64,000 bases of DNA. Source: Candidatus Omnitrophota bacterium (GTDB lineage: Bacteria; Omnitrophota; Gorgyraeia; JABMRN01; RBG-13-46-9). Below the pieces are notes generated by a model, which searched no databases, had not been told where the DNA came from, and worked only from the letters and a program-made list of their open reading frames with translations. A program made the translations under genes and the position numbers. Below are positions 43,701-55,700 of the stretch, piece by piece (positions within the stretch are counted from its first letter, which is position 1; the number at the start of each line of letters is the position of its first letter). Location of the stretch: contig JABMQJ010000026.1 in assembly GCA_013203315.1 (NCBI GenBank), forward strand, positions 41,006 to 105,005. Reading direction: 5' to 3'.

Positions 43701-46700
43701 CCTTCTCACTTACAGGGTGTCCGCAAACGACGAGTTTTATCTCACGGTTCACTTAACAAGAAACCCTGAAACAGGAGAATATACGGTACGAAACGTATTT
43801 AAAGGTAAACCTGTTTCCGAATTCTACAGCGTTTATGGAAATAGAAGAATAAAGGAATATACAGAGCTTGACCGAAGGTGCGTAACTGTAAACTCCGAAA
43901 CAGGCAGATGCGAAGTGTCTGAAGAAACAGGCGTGGTAATTCTCACGAATCCGGAAACTGGTAAAGCACTGGATACCGAAAATCCGAAGGACATAAGATT
44001 GCTCGAAAAAAACATGTTCTTAAGCGATTCGGCAAATCCCGATTTCTCTTACACCATACCTTTAAAAGGCCCTGATTTCGAAAATGGATATTTCTACCTG
44101 AATAAGAAACTAAAAGGAAAAAGCATACCGCTTCTAAGATTAAGACTACGACGCGGCAAAACATTTGATGACTTACTTCGAAACGCACAGACCTCGGTCT
44201 CTGATAAAGCAGACGCCGAGTTGACTACAATAGATCCGAGAGATGCGGTGTTAGATGCCGTTTACGCTTCCTCTGAAGGCGTAACATATCGTGGTACAGG
44301 ACTTACTGTTGTATTTTCAATCATGAATATCGGAAAAGCCATCGGAGAAGGCCAGGAAATAAACATGGTTCCGATTCTGAACGAAAAAACAGGTGAAATC
44401 GATGAAGCGCGCGGCACGAGATTTGTCGTGAGGAAAGGCTCCGAAAAGATATTAGATCTGGATACTAATCTCGATAAAGTACCCCCTTCGATGCGTAAGA
44501 TTAAAACCATTGGCGGCACGCCTGCTTCGAAATTTACGGGTACTATTAAATGCCGGGTAGAGGAGCAGGTCCATTGGAAAAAAGTGTCGGTAACACCCGA
44601 GAACCGGGAATCTCTATCTGAAGAAATAGGAGAACCGGGTAAGTTAGGCCTACCAGGCGCAGAAGGGCCGATCGGTGCAAAAGAAATAACACCTCAGCCG
44701 GGAATGAAACTGACAGATAAAGATACAGATATCATCGTGAAAAAGTATTTTGATAAAGATGACAACTTCCTAAGGAATAAAACAGCTTTCGGAATAGGTA
44801 CAAACAAAGCAGCTAAGGATCTCGTTTTGGGAGCGCTCGGAAATTTAGAAAATTCCGACCCAGTATTTAATAAAAATGCAGGAAGCGATATATTAGATCT
44901 TCTTTACACAATCGCAAGGAAAAATAACTTAAATCAAGAAGAGTTACGACGTCTCATCGATGAGAAACTGATACCTTTAACCGATCTCGCCGTAACAGGA
45001 TTTAAGAATTTAGATATTCAAAGCATCGAAGGACTAACAAAGGATGATTACATAAACTTGAGTACTAACGAGAACGCAATGGCCCTCGGTGTACTTATTT
45101 ATTGGGCAAGCAATCGCGATGAGAAGTTTAATTTTGACGAATTCTACGATGCATTTAATGAACTGTGCACATATCCAGAAGGGGACAAAGACAAGCAGGG
45201 CTTGAAAGACGCGCTACTATCATATTTCGATACAAGACTTAACTTGGCAGCAGCGGAGAACAAGGTCAAAGTCGACGAATTGTCAGAGGCTAAAAGATTT
45301 GGCATCTTCGTGGATGTCATGTCATCTTTTGCTAATCAAAAGGTTGCATTAGAAGAAGGACGTTTGTCTGGGGAAAGGTTTATAGAAGGGTTGGGTTTAG
45401 ACGAACTTGGACTGGAACCGGGAGAAACACTTCCGCCGCGCATTATGAAATTATTCATTGAAGCAGAAGAAAAAAGGCTTCAAGGCGTACCCTATGCTGA
45501 GGTGCAGGAGGAATTAGAAGAAAAGCTAAGCCCGGGTATCGGGACTCCGCTATTAGACGGTTTAAAGACAATTTGGAGCTTTGTTCCATATGTAATGGGT
45601 CTTATGAGTGCTTTAATAGCAGCATTAATTGCAATTATTATTAGGAGACGTCTCCCACCGAGATTTAGGCCGGGTTCGTTAATGTCGCAGCTTAGGCCGC
45701 GCGCGTTACTGAGTCTAGGACGCTCGTTACTAAGTCTATCATTCAGGGGACTACGTCGTGCCGGTAAATGGATAGGGCTTCCCTTGGTTCTGGTACTCTT
45801 AGTAGCAGGCGAATCATTCGGCGCCCCCGTTGGTGCGGATCAAGTTTTAACTCTTGTCGATGGCGGTCCAAGTTTTTTTTCAAGCCTTTGGGCCGCTGTT
45901 CCAAGTCTAATCTCATGGTGGGGTGTTTTTTATGCCTATTGCGCATTTACTATAGGTAGAGGGTTATATAGGGCTATTATTTCAGATAGAAGTTATGTAG
46001 ATCGAGGCACTCGCCACTTTGTAAGGCCTGCGACAGCTAGCAGAGAGTCTCTAACACTAGGTTCTCTTCACCAGTCGATTTCTGACATTGACGCAACGGG
46101 TATGACAAAAGTAGAATTCCTGGCAGCAATAGAAGATGCCATGAGTGATCAAGACTTTAATGATGAATTCAACCGTATTTTTGATAGAGAAACCGCAGAT
46201 ATATTGCAAGGTGAAGGTATTCTTGAAAATATAAATAACAATGATGGCGTGGGAGCGAAACAAACCTTGCTTAATGAAGTCATGTGGAGAGAGGTAGGGA
46301 CTTCTATAAGCCACATGCAAGGAGCTATGTGGGATATACACAGAACCCTCGAGCCTTCTAGAACCGGGACTACTGGCAAGAATAGGTATGTTCCTGTATA
46401 TAGATTTTCAATCTCTACGTTTTTAGCATTTCTTGCAGGCAGCGGTCTTTTGCTTGCGAATTTTTTGAAAGCAGGCGCCACAGGTTGGTCCATGGGTTAC
46501 GGCCCGGGCATGTGGATAGCAGGAGGTCTCCTACTTCTTGTTGCCGCTATAAACGGATATAGGTTCATATGGGATGTAGTCATGCGCATACTTGACGGGA
46601 TTCCTCGTATTGGTGCTTTCGCAAGGCGCCGTCGGTTAGCGCTTGAAGTAATGGAGAATGAGTTAAGCGCTTTGAGGGAGTACTACAACCAGCTCAGTAC

Positions 46701-49700
46701 ACAAGGTGGTTACGGTTTTAGCGCGGCCCAGTGGCAAGAAATTCTGAAATTCCCTGTCCATGTTCCGTTTGGCGGTGTCGATGAAGCCATTGAAACCTAT
46801 GAAGAAACTATTTCATTTATGGAATACATTGAATATTGCCGGGCCTGGGTAGATTTTTTAAAGAAAAATAAAAATTACAGAATATTTGCCAGACTAGCAT
46901 ATCCACCGGACCAGCAGAGGCGTGACGTAATGCCGAGGTTTTATACGCAAGGCCCCGAGTACTATATGGCGCATACTCCCGGTACTAACTCTATTACAAC
47001 TCTTATGCCTGGTAATGAAAACGATAGTCCCGAATATGACATAATAGGCCAAGACCAGCCTCGTAACGGCCATCGGAGATATACAAATACTACAGGTATT
47101 CCGTTTACGAGACGAGTTCCGGGTGTTGGGCGTATAAGAAATCCTTACGCGGATCCAATACACCCCTTTGTGCCATTTGATAACATGTATAAATATTTGT
47201 CGCATATCAGAAATAGGGCGCGCGAAGTGCGGAATGCAGGAGGTAATCTTGCGCTTGTTACAGAGCGGGAAGAGGTTGTAGCGCATAATACGGTAGGAAC
47301 AATTGCGGGAAGGTTTGGTCCGGGGTCGGAGCACACCAGCTATCCGGGTGTTTTATGGGACAGGCACCTCTGGCACACTATTCTATTCGCAGGCATGGTA
47401 GTTCCGTTAGTGATGCTAGCCTTTCAGTTCAGGCTTGATCTCGTTGCCATGGGAATCGCTGAAGATTTGCAAACCATGTCTATGGGCTCATTTAGTGTTG
47501 CTGCGATTATTGCGGGTATCATAGGATTCCTTACAGTAGTCGGTTTACTTAAAACTCATCTTTTTGGATCGGGATATACCCAAAGAACGCGGCGCATATT
47601 AGGTGTTTCTGTGGTTGCAGGACTTGGTGGCGTTATTTATGCATTTGGCCGGGACGGACTGGCAAAAATTGCGGAATTTTGGGCTCCATACATACCGGAC
47701 TTTCTCTCCACTTTATTTACACAGGACAGCGTTATAGTAAAAGGCATAATGGCTTTAGGTAGCATATTGAGTCCGAACGTGCTCTTTTGGGGGCTTTGTG
47801 TTACTTTGGTTATTTTGGGTGTAGTCGCGCTTGTCTTCATATTCCGTTATTTCTCTTCAGCCTTTCGCTCGCACGCCAATGAGATACAGGATGAGGATAT
47901 TTCAGATTATGTTCCGGATCGCATCTTAAGAGAAGCGCTGAATAGGGCAATAGAGGATGTGATTACCGAAAACAAGCAAGCTAACTTACCCGAAGTGATA
48001 AGAGACCTAAGAAGAGGCAGGCCGGCCGGGACCCCGCTGATTCTGGAAACTGACAACGTGCAGGATATTTACAACCAGGTTTGCGCGTCATATAGAGGAT
48101 TAAGAAAGGCCGCAAGGCTTCGGGCGAACGAAGCTCTATCAGATTGGCTTATTTACCGTATGAGAATACCGCATGAAGTTTCGTCTGCCGGAAGGAGTAC
48201 TGTTAGCGTTGTTGATATAGGAACTGTCGTAAATGATGTTCGTAGAAGGCAGCATATTATCGATACCTTAAGAGCAAACGGTTATGCAGCGCAAATGGCC
48301 GATTTACCCGCCGCAGCACCTGTAGGCGATGATGGCCGCACGACTAACAGGGACATAATCGAACGATTATCGTACGACGAGATAGAACATATTTTCAACA
48401 CGCCTGCTATAGCGGAGGAGATATTCGAGCCTGTTGTTCTTGCGGATACTGTTTTTGGTGATGACATAGATGGCGTCCGCCAAACGTTGGAAAGCGCCAG
48501 GAAAAGTTATAGAGGCCGCGTATACATTGCTCTCGCCATGGATGACGACGACCCAATGGGCGGCCCCGCAGCTATTAGCGCAGCTATGGAACCGGGAGGG
48601 GCCCTGGCACAATATGCCGATAACATAATAATTTACACAGGTTCAAACTGGGGAGACAATTTAAGGAGATCCCAGGGCAAGATTCGCATGAAACCCGCTC
48701 TTGATGTCGAAACAATCCAATATCTTAAGAAGGTTTTTGGCGAACGGGGAGTAGCGCTACCCGCTTTTGTAGAGTTAGTTGACCAGGAAGATAAGCTAGG
48801 AGCACTTCTTCTAAATTCCAAAGCATTTTTGAGAAAAATGTATGACAGAACAATAGACGATGAAATAGCCGGAAGAAGAAATAGAAGAGACTATGACAGG
48901 TGGGGAATAGGGTACGCCGGCTTGTTTGGCCAAAGGACCAAGTTTTTCATTACATATTATTGGACGCTTCTCAACTTAACAGTGAGATCCTTAGGCGCAA
49001 CGCCTAACGAAGACGGCAGCGCTAGACACAGGATAGCATTTATGCTTGAGAAGTTCAAGGAAGTGTATGGCAACTGGCATGAATTTGCAGAGTCTGAATT
49101 TCAGGCAAGAAGTCATCCCTACATTATTCAGTCCGAACTTCGCCTTGTTCCTAATAAAGACCAGACACATGACTATCTGTCCCATTCCGATTATCTCATG
49201 TGGCATACGCAGATTCAGGTTGGTCAGACTGTCAATAAATTTCTATTCTTAGGCGGAACAGGAAATAATTTCCGATGGGATATGCTTGCCGGCGAATCGT
49301 TTAATCCTGATGGAACGCATTGCGAGTATTTAAATCATAGAGCCGAACTTCAAGACCTTTTAATGCCTTTAAGAAGAAGCATTGAAAGAGATGAGTCGAG
49401 GGTCGCGGAATCTTACGCGAGATTCCCGCTTCCTTTAAGGATTATAATCCATTTAGTCATACATCCTTTACGCGCGCTTTTTGATCCGAGTGTAAGATCA
49501 ACACGCATTTCTTCAGGACTTCTAAAAAGGAATCTTAATACCTATTCTATCGGCGGAACGTGGGATTCTTATAACATAATCGAAGACTCAGAGTTAGGTC
49601 GACGCCTCGCCCTCTATGGACTCGGCGCAACGAGGCTCACAGGTCCCTTTACCAAGGTTCTCGAAGATTTATTGCCGGTTATGGGAAAGCCGTGGTGGCA

Positions 49701-52700
49701 ACAGAGGGCACGCTGGATTATAATGCAGACATTTGCCGTTGTTCTGTCACACCCTGCCGCATTCTTTATGTTTTTCGGCCAGTATGTAAGTATGGGACTT
49801 GGGTGGATGTTACTCGGAAGCGCAGGGGCAATACTGCCCGGGCTGGCAGGAGCTGCTATAGGGTTTCTTGTCGGGGGATTTGTATTTTATTACTTAGGGC
49901 ACCTTGTTAATAACATTCTTATATGGACAGGCTACAAGAGGAACGCCCAGTGGCAAGTAGACCCCGTTAAGGCATTAGGATACTGGAGATTTCAGCATAT
50001 TTCGCATTTGGCCGCAGCGGCCCCCGCTGCCATCGCAACCGCTATAGCGCTTAGCATATCACTTCTTTACGGAATAGCCTTAGTAAATGTTCCCGGATTA
50101 GAGCTGTCAGGTTCGGGGGTAGGAGCATTTCTTGTTGAAGCCATAAGGTTCTTAGGGGTTTACATTCCTTTTATAAACGGATGGTTACCTTTTTGGTGGG
50201 TCGGCGCGATCGTATTTCTCACTCCTCAAGTTATACAGGTATTTATGGGCTGGATAGCAACCGCTCAGCATGGCGTGCAGGATGAAGAATCTACCACTGC
50301 AGCGGCGCGTATTTTTCTAACAGAACGCAACTATACTGGAAACAGTCCTAACCCGCTTATTGGAATACCAAGTTTGGATTTTGCTAACGTTGCCCCTGCA
50401 AGTGTGATTGGCACCAACCGCACGATAGCAGAACATTATAGTCGCTTTTCGGATGATGAATTTGTTCTGAATTGCTTGGAAATGTATATAGCAAATGCCG
50501 GAGACGCACTTCGGGTTGCAACGCCAGGTAATGTTAATCCTGATTCTTTTGGCTGGGTCGATCTTGATGCTAACTGGACTGAAAGGGGGAGGCATCTGTT
50601 AAACCTAGCAAATGCAGACGATATAGAAACTTACAGAAGGGCCCTAAGAGGGGCCATAAGCCACGCTAGGGGGCTCCAGGCAAAAGTAAGGGGAGACATA
50701 AGATTTTCATGGGGGGTCGGTATTTTTGGCGGTGCCTTAGCCTTATGTAGCGCCTTCTTGGTGAGTACAGGATTCTTTTATCCATTTTTTGGTGCTATAT
50801 CTATAACAGTCGGCTTGCTTTTAGTGCTTGGTACCGTTGCAACGCAGGTTCTAAGCTCGAGGCCCAGCAGAGGGCGCAGTTCCCCCGATGCCCCGCTCGG
50901 CACTAGGCCACGTCTGTCCTCAATAGGAAGACGCCCCTACCAGGGCTATCACTATTTTATAAGGCAGCCTCTTATGCTGGTCTATTTCATGAATCTTCTT
51001 CCTGCAATGGCCATAGGCCTTTTCATGTCAGGTTTTACGGGTGATAGATACCAAAATCAGTCTTTCTGGCCGAGAGGAAGGCAGGGGCTTGCTCCGCCTA
51101 GACTTGGTGAAAGAAGGACTTTTACAGGTTTTCGTAGGAGAGTACTCGATGTTATAAGAACATTTTTCCTTTCAGTTACATTGATAGTCGGTCCGATATT
51201 GATCATTATACAAAACCCTGCTGAGAAAATGCACCTGGATCCAATAGTGCTCACACAGTCCATTGTTATGGGTCTTGAAGCGGAATACCAGAGGCATATA
51301 CGCCGTGTGGGGCGGGCCCCATCTCCAAAAGAAATATACGAAATTCTTAACAGCGATAAATATAAGCATCTTCAGTACGGATGGATTCTCGGAAAAATTA
51401 CTGAGCTGGAAAAATATATTGCAGCAGGCGAAAAAGAACGCGCCGAGATATGCCTTATGTGGGTAATAGAAGGCATGAGAGTGCAGAATGACTCTATGAC
51501 TAAAGCAGACGAAACAATAGATTTGGGGGCAAAAGAAAATTTTGAGAAGCTTTCCCAGTGGTTCTTTGAATTTTGTTATCGCAACAATTGCATGGAACTT
51601 TATTACAAGGTATTGCCTATGACTCATAGGGCGCTACCCAACACAGATTGGAAGGTAGATGATTCAAATAAAGCAAAGGCAAAAGTGATTAACGACAAAA
51701 ACGGAGAAGCGCTTAAATTAAAATGTGAAATCGAGGGAAATAGAGGCGCCGGTGCAGGTTCAATTACTGTAAGAACAGAGCTACCGCAGGCCGTCGATAT
51801 GAGCGATCTGGAATATGTACTGAGCTATGGCGTAGAGACCGATGACGGCTCAAAGTGGACCCGAAACATTACGGTCAAACTTATCGATGGAAATGGTAAC
51901 GAATATTCCAATCCTCTTATTCGTGATCTTTACGCAAACAGCGCAAGTGTGAGGATAGCTCCGTTACTAAAAATGCAACGAGAACAGGCAAAGAATACCG
52001 GGACTGAAGGGCAGTTTTTTGATCCGACAAATGTCACAGGTATTGTGATTGAAATAGGCGGGAACCTCGCGAGAGATTTTTCAGGAACAATAGAATTGAA
52101 ACACTCAAGAATCCAGACAACCCCTTCGGCAGCTACTGTAAAGGATGCCAAGGATATAGATGTAAGGTTATTAATAGACATGATGATGAAAAACGCTTTA
52201 CCGCAAAGAGAACAGGTTATTCGCGCAGTAGATAGGCATGTTGCGGAGATGATGAGGAAAATTCTGATGCTTGAGCCATTTATTCCAACCGCAGTAGTGC
52301 AGCGACCTGTAGATGAGGCCGTGACGGCTACGCAACCACGAGTAGCCCCGGAGGTATTAAGCCCGAGAGCGAAAAAAGCGGCAGAGCGAAAAATAGCAAA
52401 AGGACAGGACATCGCAGCAGCAAGAAAAGCAAGAGCTTATAGCGCAAGAGCTAGAGCAAGAAGAAGGGGTATCGCCCTCACATTGATGATACCTATAATA
52501 GCTTTCGCAGGGGCACTTTTCTCATCAGCTCCTTATATTATGGAAATAACCGGCGTAGGTAGCATACCTCTAGCTATGCTTATCGGGCTAGGCTCTATGC
52601 TCGCTTTTGCTTCAATAGCTGCTGTAATTAGTGTATTATTTGTAGTAGCCGTTCTCACATATATGCATTTACTCCTATACAAGACCCTGTCGAAGGTTGA

Positions 52701-55700
52701 ACTGGCGGAAGAAACAGATCCTGCACTTTTGGCGCATATGAGTACAGTTATGGAGAAGGCTAAGCAGAACGCGGAAGAAGATGCAGCTCTTGTTGGTGTG
52801 GCTGCGATGATTGTTGATGCAGACGGGAACGAAGTAGTTATAGGGGCCCAGTCAGAGTCAGCACTTCCCTCAAAACGATTTGATCATGCTGAAATCAATA
52901 CACTTATCGCAAGCCGTAACGCCGGCACAGATTTATCCGATTGCACCTTACTTGTTTCCCTTGAACCATGCGACGGGTGCGCAAAGGCAATAATTAATAG
53001 CGGTATCAAAAAAGTAGTAATAGCGACATTGGAGCCGAGCCAATGGATATTAGGAGAGGGCGCTCGCGCACTATTATTGGCAGGCATAGAAGTAGTTATC
53101 GCATCTAAACCGGTTCAAAGAGACGCTTTGGAACATTTTACTGAAAGAATGCATGTATTAGGAAGAGAAGGAGAACTTGCTATTTCAGTTGAAGAAGCTA
53201 TGCAAGTTAATGATCAACCGATTTCACTATGGAAATCAACAGGTGTGGAAGACTTAAAAGCATTGGCGAGGCAGTCACTCGATAATCAGACAGTTGATAC
53301 CCACAACGATAGACATGATATATATGAGTTCGATAGACTAGTAGCGCACATTTTAAGAGACAGTTTGCAGCTTGATAGAGATAGATTACCGCAAATAGTT
53401 ACGATTAACGCAAATTCCTTTGATAACTCTCTGGGATTAGAAGAAGTTTACGCAGAAAGAAATGTAAAAAATCAAATACTATGGACAGAACAAACTTATG
53501 ACCCATCAAGGCCACATTCTATTATACTTGCCGGAACAGATGAAAATTGTCTTAATATCTTATCCCAAATCGAACGCCAAAATCTAGCACCCCTTGGGCA
53601 TGTATTTATCATGAGAGGTTTCAAACCCGGCCAGCCGGTTACGCTTACAAGCGCTGCCGACTTCAAAGCGCGACAACTTGCAGAGCAACCACCGCTTCGC
53701 GCACCGCCGCTACCGGCAATACCACACGTGCTGCTCGAGGCCCACCGTGGGCTGATAGAAGGCACGAGCGCCGAGGAAAATACGGCTCTTGCACTACAAC
53801 AAGCTGCAAACGACCCAAGAACAAATGCGATAGAGTTCGATGTGCAGCGCTCAAGAACCGGAGAACTCGTGATTGCTCACAGAGGCGGCGCTATCCAAGA
53901 TGCTGATGGCAACACCAGAAATATTGCTGATCTCTCGCCAGAAGAAATCCACGCTATTGACCCAAGCATTCCGATACTTAGAGACGCACTCGATACTATC
54001 CTGATTCCATCCGGAAAAATTTTATTTATAGACATGAAGGATTTCAACTTGGAAGGCGACCAAATAAACGATTTCGTGAACCAAGTAGTGGAATTAATTC
54101 GAGATCGTCAAATCACTAACCATGTAAATATAGGTTCCTTCAATATAGATATTTTACGAAGAATACGGGCAAGGCTCCCTGCGGTTAGAATAAATTACTT
54201 CGGTGATAGTGAAAGAGAGCACCCTACGCCGACTCCAAGCACAATGGATCAAGATATCCAAAACGCCCGCGAACTTGGCGCAGTATATTTTTCAATAGCA
54301 ACCGATGATTTTACAGGTGAAGGTGAGCTTGATGAAGCTATCGACAAGGTGCACGCAAGCGGCCTTTCCTCTGATCTGTATTTTAGAGAAGGGGTCCCTG
54401 CCGGGTTCGAGAACGAAATAGCCACTTTACAAGAAAGAGGGCTCGGTATTGTCAGCACAACTGATAGCGGTACCCTCGCAGAATTTACGCAGCCCACACT
54501 CCAAACAGAAGGAAATGTATTGAGTATACATCCTGATGCAATCCTTGGCATGTATCGTGGATTCTTCATAGGCCATGTCAGGAGATTTACAGGTATTGCC
54601 GGTATATTAGGCCGGGAGCTTAATCTTACTGAGGCACAACAGGCGCTGTTGGAGCAGGCCTCACGGCTTCATAATCTTGGTGAAGATGTAAGGGGCGCGT
54701 ACGAAGCAGAATTTTTTGATTTGTCCAGTCAAGTGCGTAACGAGTTTAAAGAAGATGGAAAGCCGGGAGTTTCCATAAGGAGGGCAGTCGATCTTCTTAT
54801 TTCGCGTGAGATGTCCCAGGATCCTGAAACTCAAGATCAGGAACTTGTATCGCTAGACGCAGATACCAGATATCGATTATTCAGAGCAGGCTTATTAAAG
54901 ATTTTGAATAAAGAAGAGTTAACCAATGTAGAAACGGAACTATCGCATTCATTGTGCAATGCCGCGGAGAATAGACTCAGAATGTTCGGTGAAAGGGGCA
55001 TAGATCTATCTCAGGAATCCCGGGATCTAGAAATTTTGCTAAGATACAACGACGACTACATAGGATTTGAAAGAGACCTACCGCAGTTTGAAAATGAGCT
55101 TACCATGCCGGTTGAAGACATGAGGCTTCTCATAGCCATAATGTTCCTTGCTGATGTCCTGGAGATGGGAAATAATCGGTATGTGCAGCGCGAACAAAGA
55201 GGCAGAGACATTGAAAGCTTGCCGGCAACAATTGATTTTATAGAGACACGTTTAATCGCTGACGAGCGCATACAGGAAAGCGCCCCTCTGGAGAGAGCAC
55301 TGGTTCGTTTAAGAGCGCTTATAGCAAGAGAACATCCGGGCTTGGTTAGATTGCTGCTTCAGGCAAGGGGGACTACCGAGCTCATGCCGGAAGACCGCCA
55401 ATACATACAGACACTACGCCAGGAAGCGCCGAAAAAATCTATTCTCGAAGTTTCCTCCGGCGAAATACTAAATCACTCACGTGGTTATATAAGGGATCAT
55501 GTAGGAAGGGTAGCCCGAATGGTGCTCCGCGTCGGACAGGCCATGAACTTGAGCGACCAGGAAATAAATATTTTAAGGTGTGCGGTGTATGGCCACGACG
55601 TAGGTATTTACACGGTACCGGAAGTCGATAAAAGTTTACGCGAGATGGGAGTAGATTTTGCAAGAGCTAAAACGATGGAGTATGAAGCCTTTATGCAGTA

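Noticed and set aside
28440-44690. Recurrent 40-60-nt motifs within the giant ORF considered as a CRISPR array
   Set aside because: The recurrences are spaced 3-6 kb apart, are conserved at protein level not DNA level, and are in frame. They are protein module junctions and not direct repeats with spacers.
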